From the NCBI GenBank assembly GCA_964407535.1, contig CAYOWD010000003.1, positions 1 to 41,475 on the forward strand: 41,475 nucleotides of DNA. The letters are read 5' to 3'. Origin of the DNA: an uncultured Salinivenus sp. GTDB lineage: Bacteria; Bacteroidota; Rhodothermia; Rhodothermales; Salinibacteraceae. The notes beneath the pieces are model-generated. The model did no database searches and was not told where the DNA came from. It saw only the letters and a program-made list of their open reading frames with translations. Positions 1 through 9,403 of the stretch are shown here, one piece after another (the first letter of the stretch is position 1; each line of letters opens with the position of its first letter). A program made the translations under genes and the position numbers.

Positions 1-649
1 GGGGAAGGCCGGGCGAGTCGGTCTGCTCGAATGGGGAGGGCACGCTCCGGGGGCGGGGGGCCGTGAGCGTAGCCGAGAGCCCCAAGAGAGTGGCGGTGGC
101 GACGGCGAGGAGAAGAAGATGTTCAAGGAGCGACGCCGTCGGAAGGGAAAAGGCGGGGGGCTGCGGGGACAGGAGCGCGGCGCCGACCAGGAGGCCCCCG
201 AGGCTGCCTCCGAGTACGGCGACGGAACGGGGGGGCAGGGGAATGGCGGCTGTGCCCAGTAGCAGGCAGAGGAGGAGGGGGCCTCCCACGTCGAGGTGCC
301 CCTGGATGGCGTCGCTATACAGTAGTGCGCCGAAAATGCCCGGAACGGCTCCCAGCACGTACCGGCGTGCCACCTGTACGCTGCAGCGGAGATACGCCAA
401 CAGCACGGCCCCGAGGCACAACGAAAGCGGGACCACCGAGGCAAAGAGCGGGGGGGACAGGCCGGGGGGCGGATTCGTTGAGGCAGGCAGCACAAATCTA
501 CTCCCCACTGCAAGCAGCACTGCCACCACGCCGAGGACGCCCGTCCACCACAGCCCATACTGCGCCCGCCGGAAACGGGGGAGGGGCGAGACCTCATGGG
601 CTCCGTCCTCCACGCCAAAAGGAGAACAGCTAAACACTAGGCAATCCAT
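1..649 (-). CDS. 5' part of a membrane protein (probable sensor) that runs off the window; its N-terminal TM region resembles that of the adjacent histidine kinase
   Basis: Absent from the ORF track because it has no stop in the window. Manual translation from ATG 649 gives MDCLVFSCSPFGVEDG...LWWTGVLGVVAVLLAVG...LCLGAVLLAYLRCSVQVARRY...AAIPLPPRSVAVLGGSLGGLLVGG, with about 5 hydrophobic segments. The start is uncertain because the frame is open further upstream. Confidence 0.7.
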   Translation of the reverse strand, partial: MDCLVFSCSPFGVEDGAHEVSPLPRFRRAQYGLWWTGVLGVVAVLLAVGSRFVLPASTNPPPGLSPPLFASVVPLSLCLGAVLLAYLRCSVQVARRYVLGAVPGIFGALLYSDAIQGHLDVGGPLLLCLLLGTAAIPLPPRSVAVLGGSLGGLLVGAALLSPQPPAFSLPTASLLEHLLLLAVATATLLGLSATLTAPRPRSVPSPFEQTDSPGLP

Positions 650-1114
650 CGGTAGAGAAATAAAAAGAGAATCCGGAAAACGTGTGTGCTGTTTCCGCCC
701 CAACATGTTCGTCGATAACGCTCTCCCGCAGGGAAGTCTCCCCTGAACAGGTCCGTGCCGTGCAGCGGCTAATGACTGAACGGCGGCAGCTGGAGATGCC
801 CGCCCGATTCGGAGGCAGCAGGTCTCTCCGATGTCTCGACAGCCCCGATGTGTGCTCGGTCGTTCAGTGCCGCGGGCGTAGGTCCGTTTCGCAGCGTCGT
901 CAGGAACACACGGATGGGTCTGGTGAGCCTGCACGGTTCCGATGCCTTTCGGGGAGACTGCAGATACGCACGACGCGTCCACGTAGGTCCGTCGCCAGCG
1001 GAGCGTGCGGGGTGGGGAGAGGAGCTCCTTGACGCCACAGAAGTCCATTTGCGCACACAGAGCAGCCACCGCCTCCCTTGTCTCGTGATCCGTCAGGCGA
1101 AGGTCGTCACTATA

Positions 1115-4100
1115 TTATACGACCTGGGCCGTTTCCGGGGCGTTCTTGGGCAGTTCGATGGTAAAGCGAGTACCGATTCCTTTTTCGGTACTGACGGTAA
1201 TATCGCCCTGCATCAGTTGGACGAGGCGTTGTGCGACGGCCAGCCCGAGGCCGCTGCCTTCGTGCGTGCGCTTGCTGCCCGTGGATTCCTGCTCAAATGC
1301 ATCAAAGAGGTGGGGAACAAACTCTTCTTCAATGCCGATGCCCGTGTCTTCCACCTGAATCTGCACGGTGTCGTCCTGGGGGCGGGCACTGACGGTGATG
1401 GAGCCCCCGCTCCCTGTAAATTTGACGGCGTTGCTTAGCAGGTTTCGCAGGATGCGCCGAAAGGCTTCAGGGTCGGCGTAGATGTCGGGCAGATCGTTGG
1501 GAAGCGTCATGGACAAGTCAATGTCGGCGTCGGTGGCCCGAGGCTGGTAGATGCCGATGGTCTCTTCGATCTCGGCGGCCAGGTTCACCTTTTGGAGCTG
1601 AAGCTGAAGCGAGCCGGCTTCGAGCTGCGAGAAGTCGAGCACCGAGTTGAGCGTGTCCAGAAGGCGACGGCCGCTCTTTTCGATGAGGGAGGCAAAGCGA
1701 GGAATGCTTTGTCCGTCTTCCTCCACCGCGTCTGGCGTGGCGTCGCCGATGGCCTCGGCAAAGCCAATGATGGAGGTGAGGGGCGTTCGAATCTCGTGGC
1801 TCATATTCGCAAGGAAGGCGGACTTTAGTTCGTTGGCTTTTTCGGCCGATTCCTTGGCCTGCACCAGTTCGCGCTCGCGTTCGATGCGATCGAGGACAAC
1901 GGTGGCGTGGCCGGACAGAATTTCCAGCAGGCGAATGTCGAAGGAATCGATGGCGTTCGGGTCGAGGGCCCCGATCGACAGCACGCCCCGCGCGCCGAGC
2001 GGAATGCTAACCCAGGATTGAATTGAGCCGTAGTCGGAGCTTAAGTTGGACTCGCTCAGATCATCGATCAACACGGTATCTTCCGTACGGAAGGCCCGGC
2101 TTGGCAGACTGTCGTCGTCCACGTGGTCGGAAGACGGCTGCGGCAGCAACTCGCGCATCTGGGGCGAGACGCGGATGGGCAGGAGCTGGTTGTCGTCGAG
2201 AAGCTGTACGCTCGAGATCGGATAGTCGAACGTATTGAGCGTGAGCTCTTCAATCAGGGCGCCGACCTCGCTCCGGCTGGTGGCTTTGAGGAGGCGGCTC
2301 GTGGCCGTGTAGAGGGCTTCAATTTTCGACTCGCGTTCCTGCCGCTCCTTCGCCCGTGTCTTCAGGGCGGTGATGTCGGTGAGCACGCCGAACACTCGCT
2401 TGGTGTGGCCCGATTCGTCTTTGACCGGGCGGCCGCGCTGTCGCATCCAGCGCACCGATCCGTCGAGCCGAATGCGGTACTCCAGCTCGTGGACGGGCTC
2501 TTGGTTCATGCGCGCGAAGGCATAGCGCACCCGGTCCCGATCCTGCGGGTGCACCAACTCAATCAGGTCGTCGACCCGGTATTTCGTTTCGGCGTCCAGG
2601 CCCAGCAGGCGGCTGCCTTCCTGCGACAAGTCCACGACATTGTGCATAAAGTCGATGGTAAGGTGGCCGGTATCGGCCAGCTTCTGGGCCTCCGAAAGGG
2701 CCAGGCGACTCTCGCGCACTTCCTGTTCCATCTTCTTCCGGTCGGTGATGTCGTGCACCGTGCCGGAAAAGCGAACCGGATGGCCGTCCCGGTAGTACAC
2801 CTCGCCGCGCTCGTGGATGAAGCGCTCCTCGCCGTCCGGCCGCTGAATCCGGTACTCGATGTCGAGGGTGTTTTCCTCATCCATGGCTTCCGAGCGCGCC
2901 CGTCGCACCGCGTCGCGGTCCTCGGGATGGATGGCATTGAGGAACCTCTCGTAATTGATGTCGAGGTCGTTGGGCCAGCCGAAGATGCGGTGCACCTCCG
3001 AGGAGCAAATCAGCGAGTCGCGTTCGAGGTCGCGTTCCCAGTTTCCCATGTGCGCAATGCGCTGGGCCCGTCGCAGCCGTTTCTCGCTCTCCTGGAGCTT
3101 TTGCTCCATCTCCTTCCGATCGGTGATGTCGTGCACCATGCCGGTGACGCGGATCGTTTTTCCGTCTTCGACATGAGCCTCGCCCCGGGTGCGGGCCCAG
3201 CGCCGCGTGCCGTTGGCCGTTTCGAACGGAAGTTCCAGCTGGAACGTCTGGCCTTCCTCAATGCAGCGGTCCAGGGCCGATCGGAAGACGGGCTGGGCCT
3301 TGGGCGCATAGAACTCGATGGTGGATTGGAGGTCCGGCTCGTAGGTAAGCGGGACGGCGTGGAGCCGGTACAGCTCTTCGGTCCAGGACATTTGTCCGGA
3401 CTCCACCTGCAGCTCCCACCCGCCGACCTTGGCCATCTCCTCGGTGCGGTGGAGCAGCGATCGGCTCGTATGGAGGGCGCGCCGGGTGGTCTGGCGACCC
3501 CGAAACTGCGTGTACCGATGGGTGAGAGAAAACGCCGTAAAGCCGGTCAGCAGGACTGTGCAGGCCGCGATCTCAGACAGCACGTCCGTGATCGGGATGT
3601 TGGGAGGCAGTACCGGGACGAGAGAAGGAACGTAGGTGCCGCCCACGAACACCGTAAGGAGCAGCATCATGCCGAGGCCGAGGGTTTGCCAGGCCTGGAA
3701 CGGGACGGCAAACACAAGGGCCAGGTAGAGCGGAACGAGCCGCGCCGAGTGGATCGAGCCGGCCATCAGGTCGCGCGGAAGGCCGCCGAGCGTAATGGCC
3801 AGGAGCGCCACCGCGGCAAACAATCGGGCCTCGGTCAGGGAGCACTGGGCGCGGACGGCGGCGAGGCCCCCAAGGCTGAAGGCGAAGGCGATGATGGCAC
3901 TGCCCATGCGAAGCGCCATCGTCGGGTCAATGGAAAGGAGGCCTGTGTCCCCGGAGGCGAGATGCACCCCCAGGAGGGTCCACAGGTGCAGGAGCGACAG
4001 GACGAGCCCAATGACACTGAACCACTTCAGTGTGGTGTGCATGGTCGTCCGCAGGTGTTCCCGAAATGCCGAGTCGTTTTCGAACGCCCAGGGATCGGTA

Positions 4101-4132
4101 AGGCAAGTCTGAAGTTGTCGGCGCCAATCCAT
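1115..4132 (-). CDS. Membrane-bound sensor histidine kinase (TM region, 3 PAS/PAC, GAF, HisKA, HATPase)
   Basis: H-box FLANMSHEIRTPL, N-box NLLSNAVKFT, G1 VEDTGIGI and G2 GSGLGL. Three PAS/PAC repeats end in HDITDRK or TDITALK, followed by a GAF-like segment. No receiver domain. Confidence 0.95.
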   Translation of the reverse strand: MDWRRQLQTCLTDPWAFENDSAFREHLRTTMHTTLKWFSVIGLVLSLLHLWTLLGVHLASGDTGLLSIDPTMALRMGSAIIAFAFSLGGLAAVRAQCSLTEARLFAAVALLAITLGGLPRDLMAGSIHSARLVPLYLALVFAVPFQAWQTLGLGMMLLLTVFVGGTYVPSLVPVLPPNIPITDVLSEIAACTVLLTGFTAFSLTHRYTQFRGRQTTRRALHTSRSLLHRTEEMAKVGGWELQVESGQMSWTEELYRLHAVPLTYEPDLQSTIEFYAPKAQPVFRSALDRCIEEGQTFQLELPFETANGTRRWARTRGEAHVEDGKTIRVTGMVHDITDRKEMEQKLQESEKRLRRAQRIAHMGNWERDLERDSLICSSEVHRIFGWPNDLDINYERFLNAIHPEDRDAVRRARSEAMDEENTLDIEYRIQRPDGEERFIHERGEVYYRDGHPVRFSGTVHDITDRKKMEQEVRESRLALSEAQKLADTGHLTIDFMHNVVDLSQEGSRLLGLDAETKYRVDDLIELVHPQDRDRVRYAFARMNQEPVHELEYRIRLDGSVRWMRQRGRPVKDESGHTKRVFGVLTDITALKTRAKERQERESKIEALYTATSRLLKATSRSEVGALIEELTLNTFDYPISSVQLLDDNQLLPIRVSPQMRELLPQPSSDHVDDDSLPSRAFRTEDTVLIDDLSESNLSSDYGSIQSWVSIPLGARGVLSIGALDPNAIDSFDIRLLEILSGHATVVLDRIERERELVQAKESAEKANELKSAFLANMSHEIRTPLTSIIGFAEAIGDATPDAVEEDGQSIPRFASLIEKSGRRLLDTLNSVLDFSQLEAGSLQLQLQKVNLAAEIEETIGIYQPRATDADIDLSMTLPNDLPDIYADPEAFRRILRNLLSNAVKFTGSGGSITVSARPQDDTVQIQVEDTGIGIEEEFVPHLFDAFEQESTGSKRTHEGSGLGLAVAQRLVQLMQGDITVSTEKGIGTRFTIELPKNAPETAQVV

Positions 4133-4296
4133 TGCTCGGCGGGGCTAGTTGCACAGAATGCTGCTACAGGTGTGGAACCGATTCCGGTACCGTCCAATCC
4201 GGAGGAGAGAGGAGGCCACCGGAAGGCAGGTCCACGGCGCGTAAAACGCAGGGAAGCATCGGAACGGGTATGAAAGTTGGGGAGCCCAACGGGCGG

Positions 4297-5214
4297 CTAC
4301 GGAGCCACTATTGGGGTTTGCAGGGTAAGCTGAGCGGTGTCGGTTGTTGCGGACAACTGGCCGCGTGCCCCAATAGGGAGCGAGCATCGCGGAAGCAGAT
4401 GGCCGTACGGTAGGTTGTGCACAACCGGGTATGGGCGGTGTGCGAAGTAGTCGTCAAGCACGGTGGCGAGAGAGAGGGTTGGTGTATCGGAGTTCGGCTG
4501 TTCGGGGCCGAACGAGCCCAGCACCACGCCACTTACGGCATCGAGCACACCAGCATGCTGCAAATGGCCCAGCATGCGATCGATGCGGTACGGTTCCTCC
4601 CCGACATCTTCAAGTACAAGAAGGGCTCCCGTCCAGTTCGGTGCAAACGGCGTTCCAACAAGACGACTGAGCACGGAGAGGTTGCCGCCCAGCAGGGGGC
4701 CGGTGGCGGTACCGGGCCGGAGCGGCGTCAGTGCATCGGGGGCGAGCGCAGGCATTCCGCCTTCCACGAGGGTGCGGTACGATCCCAGCATCTGCTCGTT
4801 GAGCTTGGGCCATTCAGTTACGACGGGGCCGGACAGTCCGGTCCAGTCCGCCCGAGCATAAAGCGCAAGGTGGAGGGCGGTGATGTCGCTGTAGCCCACC
4901 AGCAGGGTGGGGTGGGCCTGGGCAAGGGACCAGTCGAGACGGTCGAGCAAGCGGAGGCATCCGTATCCACCGCGGACACACATCAGTGCTCGGATGGTGT
5001 CGTCCGCGATGGCCGTTTCAAGTTCAGCGACGCGCTCGGCGTCGGGGGCGGCGAGGTAGCCGCGCTCCTGGCCTGGGGCCCATCGGGTTCGGATGTCGTA
5101 CAGCGTGCCGAGGCGGTCGAGGCCGTCTCGGTAGCCGTCGAGATCGCGAGGGGGACTGGCCGGCGCGACGACCGCGACGGAGTCGCCGGGGCGAAGCGGA
5201 GGGGGACGATTCAC
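4297..5214 (-). CDS. ldcA: LD-carboxypeptidase, peptidase S66 family
   Basis: Motifs RGGYG, GYSDITAL (catalytic Ser), GGNL, LEDVGE (Glu) and PYGH (His). Confidence 0.88.
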   Translation of the reverse strand: MNRPPPLRPGDSVAVVAPASPPRDLDGYRDGLDRLGTLYDIRTRWAPGQERGYLAAPDAERVAELETAIADDTIRALMCVRGGYGCLRLLDRLDWSLAQAHPTLLVGYSDITALHLALYARADWTGLSGPVVTEWPKLNEQMLGSYRTLVEGGMPALAPDALTPLRPGTATGPLLGGNLSVLSRLVGTPFAPNWTGALLVLEDVGEEPYRIDRMLGHLQHAGVLDAVSGVVLGSFGPEQPNSDTPTLSLATVLDDYFAHRPYPVVHNLPYGHLLPRCSLPIGARGQLSATTDTAQLTLQTPIVAP

Positions 5215-5259
5215 GGGAAATGGGGGCGAGGCGGAAGTCAGTGGGACGCCGAGGGGCTT

Positions 5260-5553
5260 TTATTCGTCGGATGCAGGTGCTGTTTGAGCGCCTGAGGAGG
5301 ACGACTGGTCTGCATTGTCGGACCTCGCCTGGGCCTGCAGGGCCTTCAGCTTGCGCCGCGTTCGCAGGCGGCCGGGGATCGTGCTCACCAGGCCCACCAG
5401 AACCCCGAACCCGAAGGTAAGGATCAGCACGAGGGCTGTTGACCCCGTCGTCTGAAAGAACAAGAGATTCACCGCCATGGTCTGCGGGTTCTGCAGGGCA
5501 AAAATTACGGCAAGAAGCGACAGGGCCAGGGAAAACAGCAGGCTGTAGCGCAT
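5260..5553 (-). CDS. LapA-domain (DUF1049-like) small membrane protein
   Basis: MRYSLLFSLALSLLAVIFALQNPQTMAVNLLF. Two TM helices with the FAxQN motif, then a basic coiled tail. Confidence 0.75.
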   Translation of the reverse strand: MRYSLLFSLALSLLAVIFALQNPQTMAVNLLFFQTTGSTALVLILTFGFGVLVGLVSTIPGRLRTRRKLKALQAQARSDNADQSSSSGAQTAPASDE

Positions 5554-5704
5554 GAACGACGGCTCGGTCCAAACGGGGGGCAAGGGCACCTAAAATGTAA
5601 GACAGGGCCTGCGAGATGTCTAGCGTTGAGCGTTGAAGGAGGGCAACTGGCGGCGGGGCGGCCGGGCAGGCATCGTAGGGACCGGCAAGCGAACAACGAC
5701 TCCA

Positions 5705-6835
5705 TTAATCGGATGCGGTTTCTGGGGCGGTTCCGCGAGAGACGGCGGCCTGCGAGGAGGGAACGGGACGGCCTTTCCAGGTGACGCGGTCGGTCCAGTG
5801 ATGCACGGCGGAGTCGAACTGCAAGGCGAGTCCGAGCAGGAAGGAGACAGGTGCGAGCAGGCTGATAAACAGGGGGATGCCGTTCAGGCGATCGGTCGTT
5901 CCTTTCAGGCCGTAGAGGGACACGAAGAACCAGGGGGAGAGAAGAGGCGCCGCAAGCCAGACGAGAAGAAAATACCCGTACATCGCAACAAACGAAAGGG
6001 GGGCCCCGCCGAGAAGCAGATACGCATTTTTCCGAAATCCCTCCCAGGCTTCCTGCAGGGTCTCGTACATGTACACGGACACGAGATCCTGCACGTCGAG
6101 AAATGCCGGGGGGTGTCCCTGGGTTTTTAGAAAGCGCCCGATGGCCACGTCTTCGAGAACAGCGTCTTGTACTTCTTTGTGCGGCTCAAGGGTGTGGTAG
6201 AGCGCAGCGTCAATGAGCCAACATTGTCCGTTCAGGGCACTCAGGGAGGGCAGCGAGGTGCGTCGCACCAGGGGCCAGGGCAGGCCGGTGAGCAGTGAGT
6301 ATGGGACCAGGCTCACCAGGAGCTGCGCGGCGCCGCGCAGGCGGGGGAGGCCGGTACTGACGGCCGCGTCGGTAGCCTGATGGCGCGCGAGCAGCTGGGG
6401 GAGGGCGTCGGCGCCGGTAAGCTCGGTGTCCGCATCCAGAAACAGGTAGCAGTCCCCGGAGGCGTGCCGGGTGCACTGGTAGAGGGCATGGACCTTTCCG
6501 ATCCACCCGTCCGGGGGATCGGTGCCCTGGTGGGCGGTAAGCCGGTCGTCGTCGATCGATTGCAGCACCTCCCACGTGGCGTCTTCCGATCCGTCGTCCC
6601 ACACAATCACTTCCAGGGACGGATAGTCCTGCTGGAGCAGGCTCGGGAGGAGCCGACGAAGGTTGTGGGCCTCGTTCCGGGCGGGAATGCAAACGGTGAC
6701 GGTCGGATGAGACGCCGGGGGCGCCGAGGTTCGGGGGCGCAAATAGAAGAGGTTTGCGAGAAGCGTTCCCCACAAGCCGAGGTGGAGGACGGCAACGCCC
6801 CCGACTGCGTAGAACCAAAACGAAACGTCGAGCAT
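5705..6835 (-). CDS. GT2 glycosyltransferase, likely a carotenoid glycosyltransferase (CruC/CrtQ-like)
   Basis: Motifs IPARNE, DDGSED, GWIGK, FLDAD, NGQC, LEDVAIG and WEGFRKN. Lies in the crtB cluster. Start placed at MLDVSFWF. Confidence 0.85.
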   Translation of the reverse strand: MLDVSFWFYAVGGVAVLHLGLWGTLLANLFYLRPRTSAPPASHPTVTVCIPARNEAHNLRRLLPSLLQQDYPSLEVIVWDDGSEDATWEVLQSIDDDRLTAHQGTDPPDGWIGKVHALYQCTRHASGDCYLFLDADTELTGADALPQLLARHQATDAAVSTGLPRLRGAAQLLVSLVPYSLLTGLPWPLVRRTSLPSLSALNGQCWLIDAALYHTLEPHKEVQDAVLEDVAIGRFLKTQGHPPAFLDVQDLVSVYMYETLQEAWEGFRKNAYLLLGGAPLSFVAMYGYFLLVWLAAPLLSPWFFVSLYGLKGTTDRLNGIPLFISLLAPVSFLLGLALQFDSAVHHWTDRVTWKGRPVPSSQAAVSRGTAPETASD

Positions 6836-6923
6836 ACGCACGAGGCTGAAAGTTCTAGAAACGTCGTCGCTCCCGTAAGCGGAGAGGGCCGCAGGGGAAA
6901 GACAGAGCAAGAACAGAGCCGAT

Positions 6924-7550
6924 TTATACGTCCGGCGGATCTTCAAGGAACTGCTGGTACAGGGGCGCCGGATTGTCGGACAGCAGGGTCTCCTTGAGGG
7001 TGCGGGCTGCCTCTTTGCGGCCGGATTCGCGCATCGCGAGCCATTTCCAGACGCGCGCCTCCGTGCGTGAGATGCCGGCGACGGTTCCGTCGTCGATTTG
7101 TTGGAGAAGCGTCGAAAAGCGGTCGGCGGCGGCCTCCGGATCGCGGCCGGCGATGGCGGGACGAAAGAGCAGCGACTGGCCGCCAATGAGGAGCACGTAG
7201 GGATCGTTGGCGTCCATGGAGCGGGCCGTCTCCAGAATGTTGGCGGAGCGCCGCCCGTACGTCACGGCGTTGAAGATAGAGGCTTCGCCGGCCCGGTAGG
7301 ACCAGAGGCCGGACAGAAGCGCCCACTCCCGTGCCGTCCCGTCGTCGAGCGTCTCGGGAAGGTTCTCCACGACCGCAGCATTTTCGGTGAGTGGGTACAG
7401 TCGGTAGCGGACGAGCAGCGAGTCGGCCCGTGAGTCGGCTTCTGCGAGAAGGGAGCGGAGGGCCTCGGCGTCTTGCTGGGCATAGGCCTCCTGAATCTTG
7501 TCGGCGAAGGGGATGTGGAGAGACACAAGTACAAGCAAGAGGCAGAACAT
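6924..7550 (-). CDS. Hypothetical exported alpha-helical (TPR-like) protein
   Basis: Hydrophobic N-terminus MFCLLLVLVSLHIPFA followed by an acidic helical body. Co-oriented within the carotenoid cluster. Confidence 0.7.
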   Translation of the reverse strand: MFCLLLVLVSLHIPFADKIQEAYAQQDAEALRSLLAEADSRADSLLVRYRLYPLTENAAVVENLPETLDDGTAREWALLSGLWSYRAGEASIFNAVTYGRRSANILETARSMDANDPYVLLIGGQSLLFRPAIAGRDPEAAADRFSTLLQQIDDGTVAGISRTEARVWKWLAMRESGRKEAARTLKETLLSDNPAPLYQQFLEDPPDV

Positions 7551-7642
7551 GCTGGGGAAAACAGGTTCGTTCAACGCCGCGGGCGTCGGGGGAATAGGGG
7601 GAACCGCGTCCGATGGGCCCCTCGTTGTGTGTGAACGGGAGG

Positions 7643-8320
7643 CTACAGGTAGCGTTTGAAAAACGGGGCCGTGAACGAAAAGCTCCAGGTTTCCGCGGCG
7701 CCGCGACGGCCATCGAGGAGGACGTGGCGCGGCGTTGGGTCGGGGGCCTGCAGGGCAGTCCAACGCTCGCGGAGGCGGTTCCGTTCGTGGCCGTCGGCCT
7801 CGTGGGCGGGGCCGCCGCTCAGGAGGGCGGTGGGGCGGGCGTGTCCGTGCCAGGTGACGTGCAGTGCAAAGGGCCACCATTGGGCGTTTGGATAGAGACG
7901 GGCCAGGCGCCGGAGCACGGTCCCGTCAAACGGGCCGAGGCCGCCGTCGGGGCGGCGCAACTCGCCCTCCGGAAAGTAGATGAGCACGGTGTTGGGAGTG
8001 TCGCGAAAGCGCCGGGCGGTGCGTCGGAGCGTGGCCGCTCGGCGATCCGGCGCATCGGGAGGGAAGGGCTGGGCGCCCACGGCCCCGAAGAAGGGAAAGC
8101 GGTCCCATTCTGCCATCCAGAGGGTGGCCGATCGGGCCAAGCGTTCCTGGAAGAGGAGCCAGCCGAGATGGCCGTCGTAGTAGTTGTGGTGATTGGCGTA
8201 CGCGATAACGGGGCCGTCGGGAAGCGACGGCGGCCAGTCGCCCACCCAGCACACGCGCCGAAAGGCACGGCGGAGGTCGGAGCGAAGCATGGTCTCCACG
8301 AGCCACGGAACGGGATCCAC
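7643..8320 (-). CDS. PlsC/LPLAT-family acyltransferase, likely a carotenoid-glycoside acyltransferase (CruD-like)
   Basis: NHxxxxD motif (ANHHNYYDG) and IYFPEG. A GTG start at 8320 is assumed. Confidence 0.82.
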   Translation of the reverse strand: MDPVPWLVETMLRSDLRRAFRRVCWVGDWPPSLPDGPVIAYANHHNYYDGHLGWLLFQERLARSATLWMAEWDRFPFFGAVGAQPFPPDAPDRRAATLRRTARRFRDTPNTVLIYFPEGELRRPDGGLGPFDGTVLRRLARLYPNAQWWPFALHVTWHGHARPTALLSGGPAHEADGHERNRLRERWTALQAPDPTPRHVLLDGRRGAAETWSFSFTAPFFKRYL

Positions 8321-8345
8321 AGGGAAGAGGGGGGCCAAGGAGCGG

Positions 8346-9254
8346 TTACGCGCGCAGGCTCGCCTTCCGGCGATCATAGTGATCGTATGCGACCAGGAAG
8401 AGCTTGCGGGGAAGCGAGACGTAGGCGCGCCGATTCAGGTTGTCGTAATCGTTGGCCCGGACCTCGTTCAGAATCTCGCGATACATCCGGGCTGCGGCCC
8501 GGATGCCGATGCGCGTGCGGAAGGGAAGGGCCGAGACGCCGTCGCTGCTTTCGTCGTAGAGGTGCTCCGCCACCGTCATGGCTCGCTCCAGAAGATCCGG
8601 ATATTCCGGCGGACAATGGCCCTCGGCGAGGTCGGTTCGACACACGTCGTGCTCGTTGCGCCAGGACGCAGGGAGATAGACGCGGTCCAGTTCGGTGATG
8701 TCTTCGCCGACGTCCCGAACAATGTTGGTAATTTGCATGGCAATGCCGAGCCGACGGGCCGCCGGTTCCAGGGTCTCGTACTGCTGGGGGGTGTTGCTGA
8801 GGAAGGGGAGCATCACGGCGCCCACGCTGCCGCCCACGAGGTTGGAGTACGCAATCAGGTCGTCTTTCGTCTCAATGGGGCGATCTTCGAGGTCCCACAC
8901 GGCGCCTTCAATAAGTTCTTCCAGCGGCTCCCGGTTCAGGTCGTACTGGGCGTGCACTCCGCCGAGACGGCGCCACAGAACCTCGTCGGTGGGGGGACGT
9001 CCGGCAAGGGTGGCATCGAGCCGGTCGCGCACCGTTTCAACCTCGTCGAGTGCCTGCTTCGGGCCGACCTCCAGCACGCGCTGATCGGCAATGGAGTCGA
9101 CCCGTCGGCAGAAGAGGTAGAGGGTGGCAATGGGCATCTGCACCTGGCGGGGCAGAAACTGCGCCGCCAGTGAAAAGGTGCGTGAATGGTACCGGAAAGA
9201 CTCCCAGATCCATTCGTTTTCGTCGGTGCGGGTGTCAAGGGTGGCCGTGGACAT
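8346..9254 (-). CDS. crtB: Phytoene synthase
   Basis: Motifs HSRTFSLA, LYLFCRRVDSIAD, LGIAMQITNIVRDVGED, RVYLP and RRAYV. Confidence 0.93.
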   Translation of the reverse strand: MSTATLDTRTDENEWIWESFRYHSRTFSLAAQFLPRQVQMPIATLYLFCRRVDSIADQRVLEVGPKQALDEVETVRDRLDATLAGRPPTDEVLWRRLGGVHAQYDLNREPLEELIEGAVWDLEDRPIETKDDLIAYSNLVGGSVGAVMLPFLSNTPQQYETLEPAARRLGIAMQITNIVRDVGEDITELDRVYLPASWRNEHDVCRTDLAEGHCPPEYPDLLERAMTVAEHLYDESSDGVSALPFRTRIGIRAAARMYREILNEVRANDYDNLNRRAYVSLPRKLFLVAYDHYDRRKASLRA

Positions 9255-9403
9255 ACCGGTCCGTACAGGCGTGATTTGGCAGAGTCGGTGGGAGCTGGGT
9301 ACTCGGGGGCAGGAGCCGTTGGCATCACGGGGCGCGGCGGTCGGACGAGTCGGGCGGATTGCCTCTGTCTGTGGAGAAAATACGGGGGCTGTGTTTGTAC
9401 GGG

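Noticed and set aside
2123-4273. 716-aa plus-strand ORF and other long antisense ORFs (e.g. 34372-35895, 36576-37880, 37924-39270)
   Set aside because: Shadow ORFs opposite well-supported genes, as expected from GC-rich codon bias.
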